The notes under the pieces: generated by a model
The model's input: only the letters and a program-made list of their open reading frames with translations
The model's database searches: none
Told to the model about the DNA's origin: nothing
Made by a program: the position numbers and the translations under genes
In this document: positions 29,588 to 40,400 of the stretch, piece after piece
Position numbering within the stretch: position 1 is the stretch's first letter
How the letters are laid out: every line of letters begins with the position of its first letter
Assembly: GCA_963764165.1 (NCBI GenBank)
Contig: CAVXRD010000003.1
Location: 544,001-608,000 of the forward strand
DNA length: 64,000 nt
Direction: 5' to 3'
Source of the DNA: an uncultured Verrucomicrobiae bacterium
Lineage (GTDB): Bacteria > Verrucomicrobiota > Verrucomicrobiia > Limisphaerales > Palsa-1400

Positions 29588-29678
29588 GGTAGCACCGGGG
29601 AAGCGCCAATGGCAAGAAATCTGCGCGAGCTCTTTAGTGACAGCGATGAATGGGACTAATAGGACCTATGGGAGCGGC

Positions 29679-30626
29679 TCACTTGGCCTCAGAAAGCGCC
29701 TTTAACTCTGCGGCGGCGCTTTGGTAGCTGGGATCCTCCGGCGCGCCGGTCGCAACACATTTCGCAAAAAAATCCTTCGCGGCGGCCTTGTCTCCGCCAA
29801 TAAGCCGCACGGTGCCAGCAAGGAAAAAGGCCTCGCGCTTGAGCGCATTGCTCCCATTCTGATCGCCCTCTTCGGCGGCTTTCAGGAAATCGCCTTCGGA
29901 TATTCCCCCGGTTAGAAAAGCGCAAATTTTCGCAATCCAACCCGTCGCCACTCCGCCCGGGCGGAGCGTCAAATACAATGACAAATCCTTGGTGGCGGCG
30001 TCTCTTTGCCCCATTCGCGCCTGCGTCAGCCAAAGGCGGATATGGCCGTAATCCGCCGGGGAATTCATCGCGCAAACCTTGTAGAAATCCGCCAACGCCT
30101 TGTCAAACAAATGCTGATCATAGCGCAGGCAGCCGCGGAAATAATAGGCGCTGGCAAATTGCGGCGTCAATTCGATGGTCTTGTCGAAGTCCGCCAGGGC
30201 AGCGTCCAGTTTGCCTTGAATTTGCTCGACCCGCCCGCGTCCAAAAATCGCCACGTAAGCCGGGCGCCGCTTGATCGACTCGTTGAAATCCGCCAGCGAT
30301 TCTTCAAGATGGCCGGTGAGCTGATTGAGCCGCCCACGCCCAAAATACGCCTCCGCGGAGTCGGCGCTCAGCGCGATGGCTTTTGTGAAATCGGACATGG
30401 CTCCGGCCACGTCGCCGAGATTCTGGCGAACAATGGCGCGGCTGTTGTAGGCTTTGAAATAATTGCTGTTTGCTTCGATGGCCTTGGTGAAGTCCTCCAG
30501 CGCGCCCGGCAAATCGTTGTGGTTTTGCGCCTCGACCCCTTTCACAAAAAGCTGTTCGGCCGGATCGCCGAACGCGGCGGCGACGGCCCAGAAAAGCAAT
30601 ACCACCATGGCGCTGAAGTTCTTCAT
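29679..30626 (-). CDS. Exported TPR protein (NlpI-like C-terminus)
   Basis: Signal peptide MKNFSAMVVLLFWAVAAAFG; repeated AL.DF.KAI..AY..RG TPR units. Confidence 0.8.
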   Translation of the reverse strand: MKNFSAMVVLLFWAVAAAFGDPAEQLFVKGVEAQNHNDLPGALEDFTKAIEANSNYFKAYNSRAIVRQNLGDVAGAMSDFTKAIALSADSAEAYFGRGRLNQLTGHLEESLADFNESIKRRPAYVAIFGRGRVEQIQGKLDAALADFDKTIELTPQFASAYYFRGCLRYDQHLFDKALADFYKVCAMNSPADYGHIRLWLTQARMGQRDAATKDLSLYLTLRPGGVATGWIAKICAFLTGGISEGDFLKAAEEGDQNGSNALKREAFFLAGTVRLIGGDKAAAKDFFAKCVATGAPEDPSYQSAAAELKALSEAK

Positions 30627-30695
30627 GCCTTTGCCATGAAGATTCCGCTCCAGCGGCCGAAAATCAAAGCTCAAAATCATTTTTCAACAACCTGC

Positions 30696-33251
30696 CTACA
30701 ACCACATCTGCCCAGGAAATTTCTTTTGCAGCGCCGGTTTGAGTTTGGGATACGAGTTGGATTTGAATGAACTCCAATTGCAGGTTGAATCAATCCGCTT
30801 CCCATCCGGGGAACAGAGCCACAATTTAACCGGCAGTTTTCCCTCGCAGATGTGCGGATGTTCCTTCAAGCCGAAACATTCGTGCAATTTCACCTGCAGC
30901 TCGGGAGACACCGGCTCGCCGTCTTCGTCACGGGCTTCCTCCGCGTAGAGGAGCTTCATTTTCCTCCCGTCATGCCACGTGATGTGCAGAGGGGCGAGTT
31001 CGTTCAACCACTCCAATCTATCACGGCCGTAAAAATCCAGAAACGCATCGCGCAACGGCGTCGCCTGGGCCTCGCGGGCGAGCGTCAACCCCCGGAACGC
31101 ATGCGCCAAAAAAGAAGTCACAAAAATTTTGTCAACTACAGGAAGCTCCAATTCCGGCATCAGGGCAGCAGTGAGATTAACGCGCCCGATCATTTGTTTC
31201 AATTCGTGGTTGAACAACGGCAATTCAAAGCAAGGCCGCGCCGCCGCTTCCGCGAGACAGCGACCGGAAGCTGCCGGATCCAATTCCCGCTGGTGCTCGT
31301 GATGAATGAGCAGATCGAGAAAACGCGCCATCTTGACCGCGCTCACTCGCTTGTGAGTCGCGTCAAACAAATGCTCGATTCGGACCATGACCTGGTCAGG
31401 AAACATTTCTTCAATCCATTCCCTTTTTACCGCAGTGGCAAGGCCAAGCAATGTCATGTTTCCGGTTCGACCGGGGACTTCGCGAATGCTGGCGGCGACG
31501 AAAAGTGGCGCATTCTGCACCACGCTCTCGCGCACTAAAGTTCCCGATCTCCCGTCCACCACGTCGCAATCGAGCGTCCCTTGGTCGCGGCGGCGGCAAA
31601 GCTGGTCGATGAATCCCGCGGCAAGACAGCGCGGCAGCGCTTCCTCTTTCGGTTCCGCGCCATCCGCCGAGGCCCGGGCGGCGTGGAGAATTTGCTCGAA
31701 TGTTTGCTGCATCTGGCGCGCGATCTGGGCGTGAATCCCGTAACGCCGGCATCGCTCGACGTTGAAGCCGTTGTTCCTGGCGAACTGGTATGCCCGCATC
31801 AGCGTATAAAAATCCGATTCCGCGCTGGCCTCGAAAAGCTCGCGCGCTTCGGCGATGTGCTGGTCTTCCCGGCGGAGGCGAACCAGCAAATCTCGCCCGC
31901 TCACGAGAGCCGCGCACAAAGCCGCCGCCGGGACGCATTGCCGGCGGAACGCTTCGACGAGCATCCGGGAATACCGCGGGTGCATGGGCAACCGCAGCAT
32001 CTCGCGGCCGATGGGCGTGATGTCGGGCCCGTCGTCTTTCCCGGCAGGCCGCAGCGCGCCAAGGATTCGCAAGAGTTTTTCGGCCCGTTCGACTGCCTGC
32101 GGATCGGGCCGATCCAGCCAATCGAATCGCGCGGCGTCCTTGATGCCGAACGAGTGAAGGAGCAGCACAACTTCCGCCAAATCCGTGCGCTGGATTTCGG
32201 GAGTGTTGCGCTCGGGGCGATTCAAATGCCCGCTTTCTGTCCAAAGCCGGTGACAAACGCCAGGCGCGGTGCGCCCCGCCCGGCCGGCGCGTTGGTCGGC
32301 GGAGGCGCGGCTTATGGGTTCGATGAACAAAGTGCCGATGCCGCGCTCGGCGTCATACCGCGCCACCCGCGCCACGCCGCTGTCAACAACATGAATAATT
32401 CCGTCAATGGTGACGGAGGTTTCCGCCACGTTGGTGGCCACGACCACTTTGCGAAGGCGGCTGGATGCAAATGCGAGATCCTGTTCTTCCGGCGGCAATT
32501 CGCCGTGCAACGGAATCAAAGCCAACGGCTCGCGCATCCCCGCGGCCCGGCACGCGCCAAGGGTCGAATTGATTTCACCCATGCCCGGCATGAAAACGAG
32601 AATGTCGCCGGGATCGCCGGCATTTACAATGTTTGCCACGATATCCGCCGCTTGATCTGAAAGCGGTCGCTCGTCGAGCAGGCTCAGATGCCTGATCTCG
32701 ACCGGATATGTTTTGCCTTCGGAGACCAGCACCGGGCAATCGCCTAAATACTTCGCCACCGGCTCGGCGTCCAAAGTGGCTGACATGACGACGATTCGCA
32801 GATCGGGCCGACGCGTTTGCTGCAAATTCTTGACAAGCGCAAGCGCGACGTCGCTCAGAAGATTGCGCTCATGAAATTCGTCGAAGAGTATCGCGCTGAT
32901 GCCGGGCAGCGCGGCCTCGTCCTGCAGCCACCGCAGCAGAATCCCTTCAGTGACGAAACAAACGCGCGTGCCAAGGCTTGTCCGATCTTCAAAGCGGATC
33001 TGATAGCCCACTTCTCCGCCAAGCTGGACCTTGCGCTCCCACGCCACCCGCGCGGCCACAGTGCGAGCCGCAACGCGGCGAGGCTGCAGCACAACAATGC
33101 GCCCCTCGCACATCCCGCTGTCAAGCAACATTTGAGGAACCTGGGTGGTTTTGCCGGAACCTGTTGGGGCCACCAGCACGAGGCGATTCCCATCGCGGAG
33201 CGTGTTGATAATCGGGCCGTGAATCTGCCAGATCGGAAGGGACGTTTGCAC
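30696..33251 (-). CDS. hrpB: ATP-dependent RNA helicase HrpB
   Basis: APTGSGKTT, QPRRVAAR, DEFHER, MSAT, ATNVAETSVTI, QRAGRAGR, HrpB-type C-terminus; probable GTG start at 33251. Confidence 0.9.
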   Translation of the reverse strand: MQTSLPIWQIHGPIINTLRDGNRLVLVAPTGSGKTTQVPQMLLDSGMCEGRIVVLQPRRVAARTVAARVAWERKVQLGGEVGYQIRFEDRTSLGTRVCFVTEGILLRWLQDEAALPGISAILFDEFHERNLLSDVALALVKNLQQTRRPDLRIVVMSATLDAEPVAKYLGDCPVLVSEGKTYPVEIRHLSLLDERPLSDQAADIVANIVNAGDPGDILVFMPGMGEINSTLGACRAAGMREPLALIPLHGELPPEEQDLAFASSRLRKVVVATNVAETSVTIDGIIHVVDSGVARVARYDAERGIGTLFIEPISRASADQRAGRAGRTAPGVCHRLWTESGHLNRPERNTPEIQRTDLAEVVLLLHSFGIKDAARFDWLDRPDPQAVERAEKLLRILGALRPAGKDDGPDITPIGREMLRLPMHPRYSRMLVEAFRRQCVPAAALCAALVSGRDLLVRLRREDQHIAEARELFEASAESDFYTLMRAYQFARNNGFNVERCRRYGIHAQIARQMQQTFEQILHAARASADGAEPKEEALPRCLAAGFIDQLCRRRDQGTLDCDVVDGRSGTLVRESVVQNAPLFVAASIREVPGRTGNMTLLGLATAVKREWIEEMFPDQVMVRIEHLFDATHKRVSAVKMARFLDLLIHHEHQRELDPAASGRCLAEAAARPCFELPLFNHELKQMIGRVNLTAALMPELELPVVDKIFVTSFLAHAFRGLTLAREAQATPLRDAFLDFYGRDRLEWLNELAPLHITWHDGRKMKLLYAEEARDEDGEPVSPELQVKLHECFGLKEHPHICEGKLPVKLWLCSPDGKRIDSTCNWSSFKSNSYPKLKPALQKKFPGQMWL

Positions 33252-33274
33252 GGAGAACGAAGGCGAAGCGCCGA

Positions 33275-33571
33275 TTATTTCAGGAACAGCAGCGCCGCCA
33301 ATGTTCCGGCCGAGAGAATCAGCATCAGCCCGGACGGCATGAATTTCTTCCCCTTGGCAAATCGCATTCCGAAGACCAGCAACAGGCAGCCCACCAGAAT
33401 ATCCGCCACATAAAATGGATGGATGATGCCCGTCGCGCACAGCGCGAGCGCCGCGGCGAAAACCGAGGAGACAATGAGTGAAATCTTGCTCCCGGCCTTG
33501 ATGAAACCCATCAGTCCGCCCGCCAAAAGCAGCACGATATAAACCCACAATACAATAATATTGGATGGCAT
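33275..33571 (-). CDS. TMEM14-family small membrane protein
   Basis: GGLMGFIKAGSKISL..KKFMPSGL motifs; 4 hydrophobic segments. Confidence 0.8.
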   Translation of the reverse strand: MPSNIIVLWVYIVLLLAGGLMGFIKAGSKISLIVSSVFAAALALCATGIIHPFYVADILVGCLLLVFGMRFAKGKKFMPSGLMLILSAGTLAALLFLK

Positions 33572-33687
33572 AGCCTCCGCCAGCGTATCCCGCCAGCGCA
33601 GGCCAAGTCCAGTATAACCAATAGCGCCGTTTGGAATCGCCGCCCTCGCCGACATTCGCTATCCTTGACGAAAACGAGAGGAACACT

Positions 33688-34029
33688 ATGACAACTTCAC
33701 AATTGGTATTTGTAGGCATCAAAGGCTCCGTGATTGCGCTCCATGCCCAAACCGGCCAGCAGGCGTGGGGAGTCCATTTGAGCGGGGCGAATTTCGTAAA
33801 CGTCCAGGTGTTGGAGGGCAAGGTCATCGCGGCCTGCAACGGCGAGATTTTTTGCCTCGATGCCGCGACCGGCAGAACCGTCTGGCAAAATGGTCTGAAA
33901 GGTTTTGGTTTCGGCCTGGCCACTCTTGCGGCCGAACCGCATTGCGGAAGCGCCCCGCAAGCCACCGCGGCGGAAAAAGTGTTTGAAGACCAGCGGGCAG
34001 CCGCGGCCGCCGCAGCCACCACCGCCTGA
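33688..34029 (+). CDS. Small PQQ-like beta-propeller repeat protein
   Basis: ALHAQTGQQAW and CLDAATGRTVW repeats; Ala-rich tail. Confidence 0.7.
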   Translation: MTTSQLVFVGIKGSVIALHAQTGQQAWGVHLSGANFVNVQVLEGKVIAACNGEIFCLDAATGRTVWQNGLKGFGFGLATLAAEPHCGSAPQATAAEKVFEDQRAAAAAAATTA

Positions 34030-34068
34030 CACCCAACCCGCCTCGACGGCGTGGATTTTTCCAGATTA

Positions 34069-34113
34069 TCCAAATATAGTTCGTCCAACTGTAGTTTGAC
34101 AAAGTATAATTGG
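34069..34113 (+). promoter_or_regulatory. Three 15-bp-spaced pseudo-palindromic boxes (consensus AACTATAGTT) upstream of the ATPase gene
   Basis: tccaaatatagttcg / tccaactgtagtttg / acaaagtataattgg; the third contains TATAAT. Confidence 0.5.
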
Positions 34114-34133
34114 ATGATGTAAGATGCCGGGAA

Positions 34134-35528
34134 ATGAGCAAGTGGAACTTCATCGGACGCGAGCGGGAATTGGGCGAACTGGACAAGCAATACCTGTCGT
34201 CCGAATCCAATCTTGTGCCTATCTATGGGAGGCGCCGGGTTGGGAAAAGCGAGCTTATCATCCATTTTAAGGGCGACCGGCCCGGCATATATTTTGTCGG
34301 CAAACAAGCACCCTCCGCCCTTCAGATTCAGGAATTTCTGCTCACCGCATCGCGCGCTATTGGGCAGCCCTTGCTGGCCAAGGCCCAAATCTCCGACTGG
34401 CGCACGGCTCTCTCGGAAACTGTCCGCGCCTGGACCAAGCCGCAGAAGCTCATCCTCGCCCTCGACGGATTCCAATGGATCGTGGAAGAGGAGAAAAGTC
34501 TTCCCTCCATTGTGCAGGAACTTTGGGATCGCGAATGGCAGCACACCGGGAAAGTCATGCTGATCCTCGCGGGGTCCTATGTGGGATTCATGGAGCGCGA
34601 AGTTCTCGGCAGCCGGAAACCGCTTGGCGGCCGCCGCACATCGCAAATTCAATTGCAGCCATTCAGGTTCCAGGAGGCGGCCCGCTTCCATCCCGGCTAT
34701 TCCCGCGACGATCAGGCCCGGGCTTATTTCATGACCGGCGGCGTCCCGCTGTATCTGCTCGCCTTCAAGGACAACGTTTCCGTGGCGCAAAATATCTGCC
34801 AGACGTTTTTGAACGATTTCTCTCCGCTCTCCCGCGAACCGGAGTTTCTGCTGCGCGAAGAATTGCGGGGACTCGACAAATTCCAGGCCGTCCTCGATGT
34901 TCTTTCGTCCGGGCGGCATGCGCTCAAAGACATCGCCGCCTCCATCGGCGTTGACGCGCGTTCCATCACTTACCAACTCGATACGCTCTCCTCGCTCGGT
35001 TACGTCGGGCGCGAATTCCCGCTGACGACGCACAAGCCTTCGGCCAAGGACGTCCGTTACTGCTTGAAGGATCCGTTTCTGCGCTTTTGGTACCGCTTCA
35101 TTTTTCCCAACTTGAGCCGCATTCGTGAAAATCCGCAGGCGGCTTACCATGATCAAATTGCCGGCAATCTGGATTCGTATTTTGGCTCGTGCTTTGAGCG
35201 GTTGTGCCGCGAAGCGCTATCGCAACATTATGTCCGCGAGATGCCCAGCGTTTCCTTTCAGATTGGCGAGTATTGGAAAAACAAGGAATTCCAAATCGAC
35301 GTGGTCGGAGTGCGGTCGGACAACTGGATTGATCTGGGCGAATGCAAGTGGGGCGCGGTGACTTCCGCAACTTCGCTCGTCGCGGAACTGGAGGCCAAAA
35401 TCAAACAATACCCGAATCCCGGAAACGCGAGCATCGGCAGGATGATCTTCACGCGGCGCCCTCTTCGGACTGCGCCGAACGGCATTAAAGCTTTTTCGCT
35501 GGAGGATCTGCACAAATTGGCCGTCTGA
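34134..35528 (+). CDS. Archaeal-type AAA ATPase with wHTH and C-terminal PD-(D/E)xK-like (DUF234) domain
   Basis: FIGRERE, YGRRRVGKS (Walker A), TGGVPLYL, DPFLRFWYRF, FERLC, IDVV..GECKW. Confidence 0.85.
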   Translation: MSKWNFIGRERELGELDKQYLSSESNLVPIYGRRRVGKSELIIHFKGDRPGIYFVGKQAPSALQIQEFLLTASRAIGQPLLAKAQISDWRTALSETVRAWTKPQKLILALDGFQWIVEEEKSLPSIVQELWDREWQHTGKVMLILAGSYVGFMEREVLGSRKPLGGRRTSQIQLQPFRFQEAARFHPGYSRDDQARAYFMTGGVPLYLLAFKDNVSVAQNICQTFLNDFSPLSREPEFLLREELRGLDKFQAVLDVLSSGRHALKDIAASIGVDARSITYQLDTLSSLGYVGREFPLTTHKPSAKDVRYCLKDPFLRFWYRFIFPNLSRIRENPQAAYHDQIAGNLDSYFGSCFERLCREALSQHYVREMPSVSFQIGEYWKNKEFQIDVVGVRSDNWIDLGECKWGAVTSATSLVAELEAKIKQYPNPGNASIGRMIFTRRPLRTAPNGIKAFSLEDLHKLAV

Positions 35529-35531
35529 ATG

Positions 35532-36053
35532 CTAAAGCTCGTTTGGCTCGGCGGGAGTTGGCAGGATTAACTGATAAAGCACCACGTCAAGCCAGCGGCC
35601 AAACTTAAAACCCGACTGGCGAATCGTCCCTGAGCAAGTAAAGCCGAGCGCCTCGTGCAGATGAATGCTGACGGCGTTGGCACTGTCAATAACACCGATT
35701 ATGACGTGGTAATTCTGCGCCCCGGCGGCGGTGATGATCTCCTTCAGCAGAATCTTGCCCAGTCCCTTGCCACGAAAGCGTGTGTCAACATAAACAGAAT
35801 GCTCGACCGTATATTTATAGCCCGGAAAAGCGCGAAAGGTTCCGTAAGTGGAAAAGCCCATCAATTCCCCTGAATCGCTCTCGGCGCCAAAGACCGGGTA
35901 TTTCCCCTTCGCCTTGTTTTCAAACCACGCTGCCATCATTTCCTTTGTCCGCGGCTTGTAGTCGTAGAGCGCGGTGGAATGGACGATGGCTTCGTTGAAA
36001 ATCGCAAGGATCGCTTCGCCGTGCTTTTCGTAATTGCATCGAACGATGTGCAT
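35532..36053 (-). CDS. GNAT acetyltransferase (phosphinothricin/methionine-sulfoximine acetyltransferase-like)
   Basis: YKYTVEHSVYV..RGKGLG, SIHLHEALGF, GFKFGRWLDV. Confidence 0.9.
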   Translation of the reverse strand: MHIVRCNYEKHGEAILAIFNEAIVHSTALYDYKPRTKEMMAAWFENKAKGKYPVFGAESDSGELMGFSTYGTFRAFPGYKYTVEHSVYVDTRFRGKGLGKILLKEIITAAGAQNYHVIIGVIDSANAVSIHLHEALGFTCSGTIRQSGFKFGRWLDVVLYQLILPTPAEPNEL

Positions 36054-36059
36054 GTCGGG

Positions 36060-37481
36060 TTACTTTTTGGGCGGATTCTCAGGCCAACCGCCCGCGAGAG
36101 ATTTGTAAACGGCAATCAGCGCGGTCGCGGTTTGCGTCTCTGTTTGCGCCAATTGATCCTGCGCTTGCAGCAGCACCCGTTCGGAATCCAATACAGTTAG
36201 AAAATCCGTCGCGCCGTTTTCATACTGGGTGCGCGCGAGGTCGGAGGCGGACTGGCTTGCCTTGACCGATTCCGTCAAATAACCCAGGCGCGCGCGGGCG
36301 CGCCCGAAATCCACCAGCGCGTTCTCGGTTTCCTCAAGGCTTGTCAATACTGTTTTCTGGTATTGCGCGAGTTGCGCTTCGGCCACCGCGCCAGCCGCCT
36401 TGACGCGCGCGCGCACATGCGCGTAATCGAACGCCGCCCACGTCAGGGAAGGGCCGAACGAATGCGTGTCGGCTCCGGGGCGCACAAGGCCGGCAAACGA
36501 TTCGGCTTCCACGCCGATGGTTCCGTTGAATGTCACGCGTGGAAACAGATCGGCCACCGCAACTCCAATCTGCGCACTCGCGGAGGCAAGATTGCGCTCC
36601 GCTGCGCGAACGTCCGGGCGGCGGCGCAGCAGGTCAGCCGGATTGCCGATGGCGACCATCGCGGGCAACGCGGGAATCGGATGCGGCGTCGCCAATTCAG
36701 GTTCGAGCGCTTCCGGCTGCTGGCCCGTCAACACGCCCAGGCGATGCGTGGCGTGCGAAATGGTGGATTCGACGGGAGCGATCTGAGCAAGTGTCGTGTT
36801 CAATTCAGCGCGGGCGCGGGCGACATCCAATTCTGTGCCGCCGCCGGCTTCGAGGCGGGCCTGGGTGATCTTGAGCGTTTGGGTTTGATTCTCCGCATTC
36901 TTGCGGAGCACGGCCAATTCATTTTGCGAGCCGCGCAATTCAAAATAATTCCGCGCCAGTTCGCCCGCCAAACTCACTTGCACGTCGCGGCGGTTCGCCT
37001 CAAGGGCTTGCATCGAAGCCGTGCTGGATTGATAAGCTCGCCGGAGCCGGCCGAAAATATCCAATTCCCACGTTGCGTCGAAACCAGCGCTGTAAAGCTC
37101 CTGTTGCAGGGGGGCATTTGGAATATTGAAGACCTGCGCCTCGCTGTATTTTTCGTTGGTGTAACTGGCGACGCCGGTTCCCACCGGAAAAAAATCGGCC
37201 TTCGCGCCCATCCGCAGCGCGCGGGCTTGCATGAGATTGGCGGTGGCGATGCGCAAATCGAAATTGCTCGCCATCGCGCGTTCCATGAGACGGGTCAAAT
37301 CGGAATCGCCAAAAGTCCGCCACCACTGGGCGACGGGTTCGTTGGTCGAATACTCCGATGACGCGCCGGAAAAATTTGTCGGGGCGGTCGTTGGCGGCGA
37401 TTTGTAATCCGGCCCCACCGAGCAGCCAACCAGCGCCGCCGCAGCCATCAGACAACCCGCGATGAAATGGGGGATTCTCAT
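36060..37481 (-). CDS. RND efflux outer membrane lipoprotein (NodT/OprN-like)
   Basis: Lipobox LVGC, WELDIFG, LLRRRPDVRAAE, YKSLAGGW. Confidence 0.93.
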   Translation of the reverse strand: MRIPHFIAGCLMAAAALVGCSVGPDYKSPPTTAPTNFSGASSEYSTNEPVAQWWRTFGDSDLTRLMERAMASNFDLRIATANLMQARALRMGAKADFFPVGTGVASYTNEKYSEAQVFNIPNAPLQQELYSAGFDATWELDIFGRLRRAYQSSTASMQALEANRRDVQVSLAGELARNYFELRGSQNELAVLRKNAENQTQTLKITQARLEAGGGTELDVARARAELNTTLAQIAPVESTISHATHRLGVLTGQQPEALEPELATPHPIPALPAMVAIGNPADLLRRRPDVRAAERNLASASAQIGVAVADLFPRVTFNGTIGVEAESFAGLVRPGADTHSFGPSLTWAAFDYAHVRARVKAAGAVAEAQLAQYQKTVLTSLEETENALVDFGRARARLGYLTESVKASQSASDLARTQYENGATDFLTVLDSERVLLQAQDQLAQTETQTATALIAVYKSLAGGWPENPPKK

Positions 37482-40400
37482 GTTTTCCTCCGCTCCGTCA
37501 GAAAGCGGATGACATTGTAAAAAACGGGCGTCAGGAAGATTCCAAAAAACGTCACGCCCAGCATGCCGCTGAACACCGCCGTGCCCAGCACCCGGCGCAT
37601 TTCGCCGCCCGCGCCCTTGGCCAGCACCAGCGGCACCACGCCGAAAATGAATGCGAAGGACGTCATTAAAATCGGGCGCAAGCGCAGCCGGCTCGCTTCC
37701 ACGGCCGCTTCCTTGCGGCCCATTCCGGCGTCTTGTTGCTGCTTGGCGAATTCGACGATGAGGATGGCGTTTTTACAGGCCAGCCCCACCAGCACCACGA
37801 ACCCGATTTGCGTGAAGATGTTATTATCCATTCCGCGAATCCAGACGCCGAGAATCGCGAAGAGCAGGCACATCGGCACAATCAGGATGATCGCCAGCGG
37901 CAGCGACCAGCTCTCGTAAAGAGCGGCCAGCGTCAAGAATACAAACAGGACGCACAACGGGAAAATGTAATGCGATGTATTGCCCTCAAGGATTTCCTGG
38001 AGCGTCAATTCCGTCCATTCGAAACCCATGCTGGAGGGCAATTTTTGCTGCACCGTTTTTTCCATCGTCGCGATGGCTTCGCTGGAACTGACGCCCGGTG
38101 AGCCGCTGCCGGTGATTTCCGCGGCGGGATACATATCATAGCGCACAATGTGGTCAGGGCCGGTGACGCTGCGCACTTTGACCAGCGTGCCGAGCGGCAC
38201 CATCTGGCCCTGGCTGTTGCGAGTCTTGAAGTTCAAGATGTCCTCCGGTTCGCGCCGAAACGGCGCATCGGCCTGGGCGGTGACGTGATACGTGCGGCCA
38301 AACAAATTCAAATCGTTGACGTAGAGAGAGCCGAGATAAACCTGAAGCGTGTCGAATAAATCCGTCAGAGGAACACCCATTGATTTTGCCTTGAGCCGGT
38401 CGACATCGAGATAAAGCTGCGGCGTGCTGGCGCGGAACGTTGGGTAGGAAACCTGCACTTTTCCGGTCTTGTTCGCCTCCACCATCAACTGCATGGCCGC
38501 GCCTTGCAATGCCTGCAAGCCCGCGCCGCCGCGATCCTGCAATTCCATTTTGAAACCGCCGACCACACCCATGCCATTCACAGGCGGCGGAGGGAAAACG
38601 CCGACAAATCCTTCGGAAATTCCCGCCAGCTTCTGCCGCAAATTCCCCAGAACGACATCGCCCGTGAGACCCTTCGGAGTGCGCTCTTCGAAGTCGTCAA
38701 GGATAACGAAAACGGTGCCCGAATTCGGACTTGCGCTCAGGCTGATGACGGAAAGCCCCGCCAAATCGATGGACGCTTTGACGCCGGGCGTTTCGCTGCA
38801 AATTTTGCCGATGCGATCCACCACCGCGTCGGTGCGTTCGAGAGACGCCGAGTCGGGCAATTGCACAGCGATGGCAAGATAGCCCTTGTCCTGCGGCGGA
38901 ATGAAGCCGGTCGGCACGCGCTGGAAGCTGAACCACGTCAATCCGATCAATCCGAAGTAAACGATGACGACGAGGGCGCTGACACCAATCAACCGGCGGA
39001 CGGCGTTGCTGTAAGCGGTCGTGCAGCGTCCGAAAGCCGTGTTGAACCCATTAAAAAACCAACCGGCCGAACTGTTCAACACGCGGCTGAAAATGTCGGT
39101 TCGATGGCCGTGCGGCTGGAGCAGAATCGCGCAAAGCGCCGGGCTTAAGGTCAGCGAGTTGAACGCTGAAATCAGCGTCGAGAATGCAATCGTCAACGCG
39201 AATTGGCGATAGAACTGCCCCGAGACACCCGTGATAAATGCGGTCGGCACAAACACCGCTGCCAGCACCAGCGCCACCGCCACAACCGCGCCGCTGACTT
39301 CGTCCATCGCCTTGGCCGTCGCATCGCGCGGCGAGAGGCCGAGGCCCATGTTGCGCTCGACGTTCTCGACTACGACAATCGCGTCGTCGACCACGATGCC
39401 GATGGCCAGAACCAGGCCGAAAAGCGAGAGGTTGTTGATCGAGAAGCCCATCACCGCCATCGCGCCGAACGTTCCGATCAATGACACCGGCACGGCGAGC
39501 AGAGGGATCAGCGAGGCCCTCCACGTTTGCAGGAAGACGACGACAACCAAGACGACCAGCAGCATCGCTTCAATGAGCGTATGCACCACGGCGCGAATCG
39601 ATTCGCGGGTGAAGCCGGTAGTGTCAAATACAATTTTGTAATCCAGCCCCGGCGGGAAGCGTTTCTTCAATTCCTTCATCGCCGCATGGACGGCGTCGGA
39701 GGTTTCGATGGAATTGGAGCCGGGCAATTGGAAAATCGCGACCGCGGCGGTCGGGCGGCCATCGAGCTTGGTGTTCATGCTGTAATCCAGCGCGGCCAGC
39801 TCCACCCGGGCCACATCGCGCACCCGCGTCACCTGGCCGTCGGCGCCGTTCTTGATCGCCATGTCGGCAAACTGTTTTTCGTCCGTCAAACGTCCCTGGG
39901 TATTGACGATGTATTGGAAATCGACGCCCTTGCCCACCGGCGGCTGGCCGATCTGCCCGGCGGCGACCTGCACGTTTTGCTCGCGTATGGCGGTGATGAC
40001 GTCATCGGCAGTCAGATTGCGCGCGGCAATTTTCTCCGGGTCGAGCCAGATGCGCATCGAATAATCGCGCGCGCCGAAAATGATGATGCTGCCCACACCC
40101 GGCAAACGCGCCAGCGCATCCTTCACTTGCAGATAGCCATAATTGCTGACGTAAACCTGGTCGTAACGCCCGTCCGGAGAAAACAGGTTCACAACCAATG
40201 TAATGTCCGGCGAACTCTTCGCAGTGGTCACGCCGAGGCGGCGGGCCTCCTCCGGCAAGCGCGCTTCCGCAACGGCCACGCGGTTTTCCACCAGCACCTG
40301 CGCTTTGTCCAGGTCGGTGCCGATTTTGAACGTCACTGTCAATTGCATGGTGCCGTCGCTCGCGCATTGGGCGGACATGTAAAGCATGTCCTCCACGCCG

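Noticed and set aside
33252..35156. Apparent 635-aa N-terminal extension making a 1486-aa HrpB
   Set aside because: Stop-free shadow frame overlapping the TMEM14, PQQ-repeat and ATPase genes; helicase homology starts at ~33251
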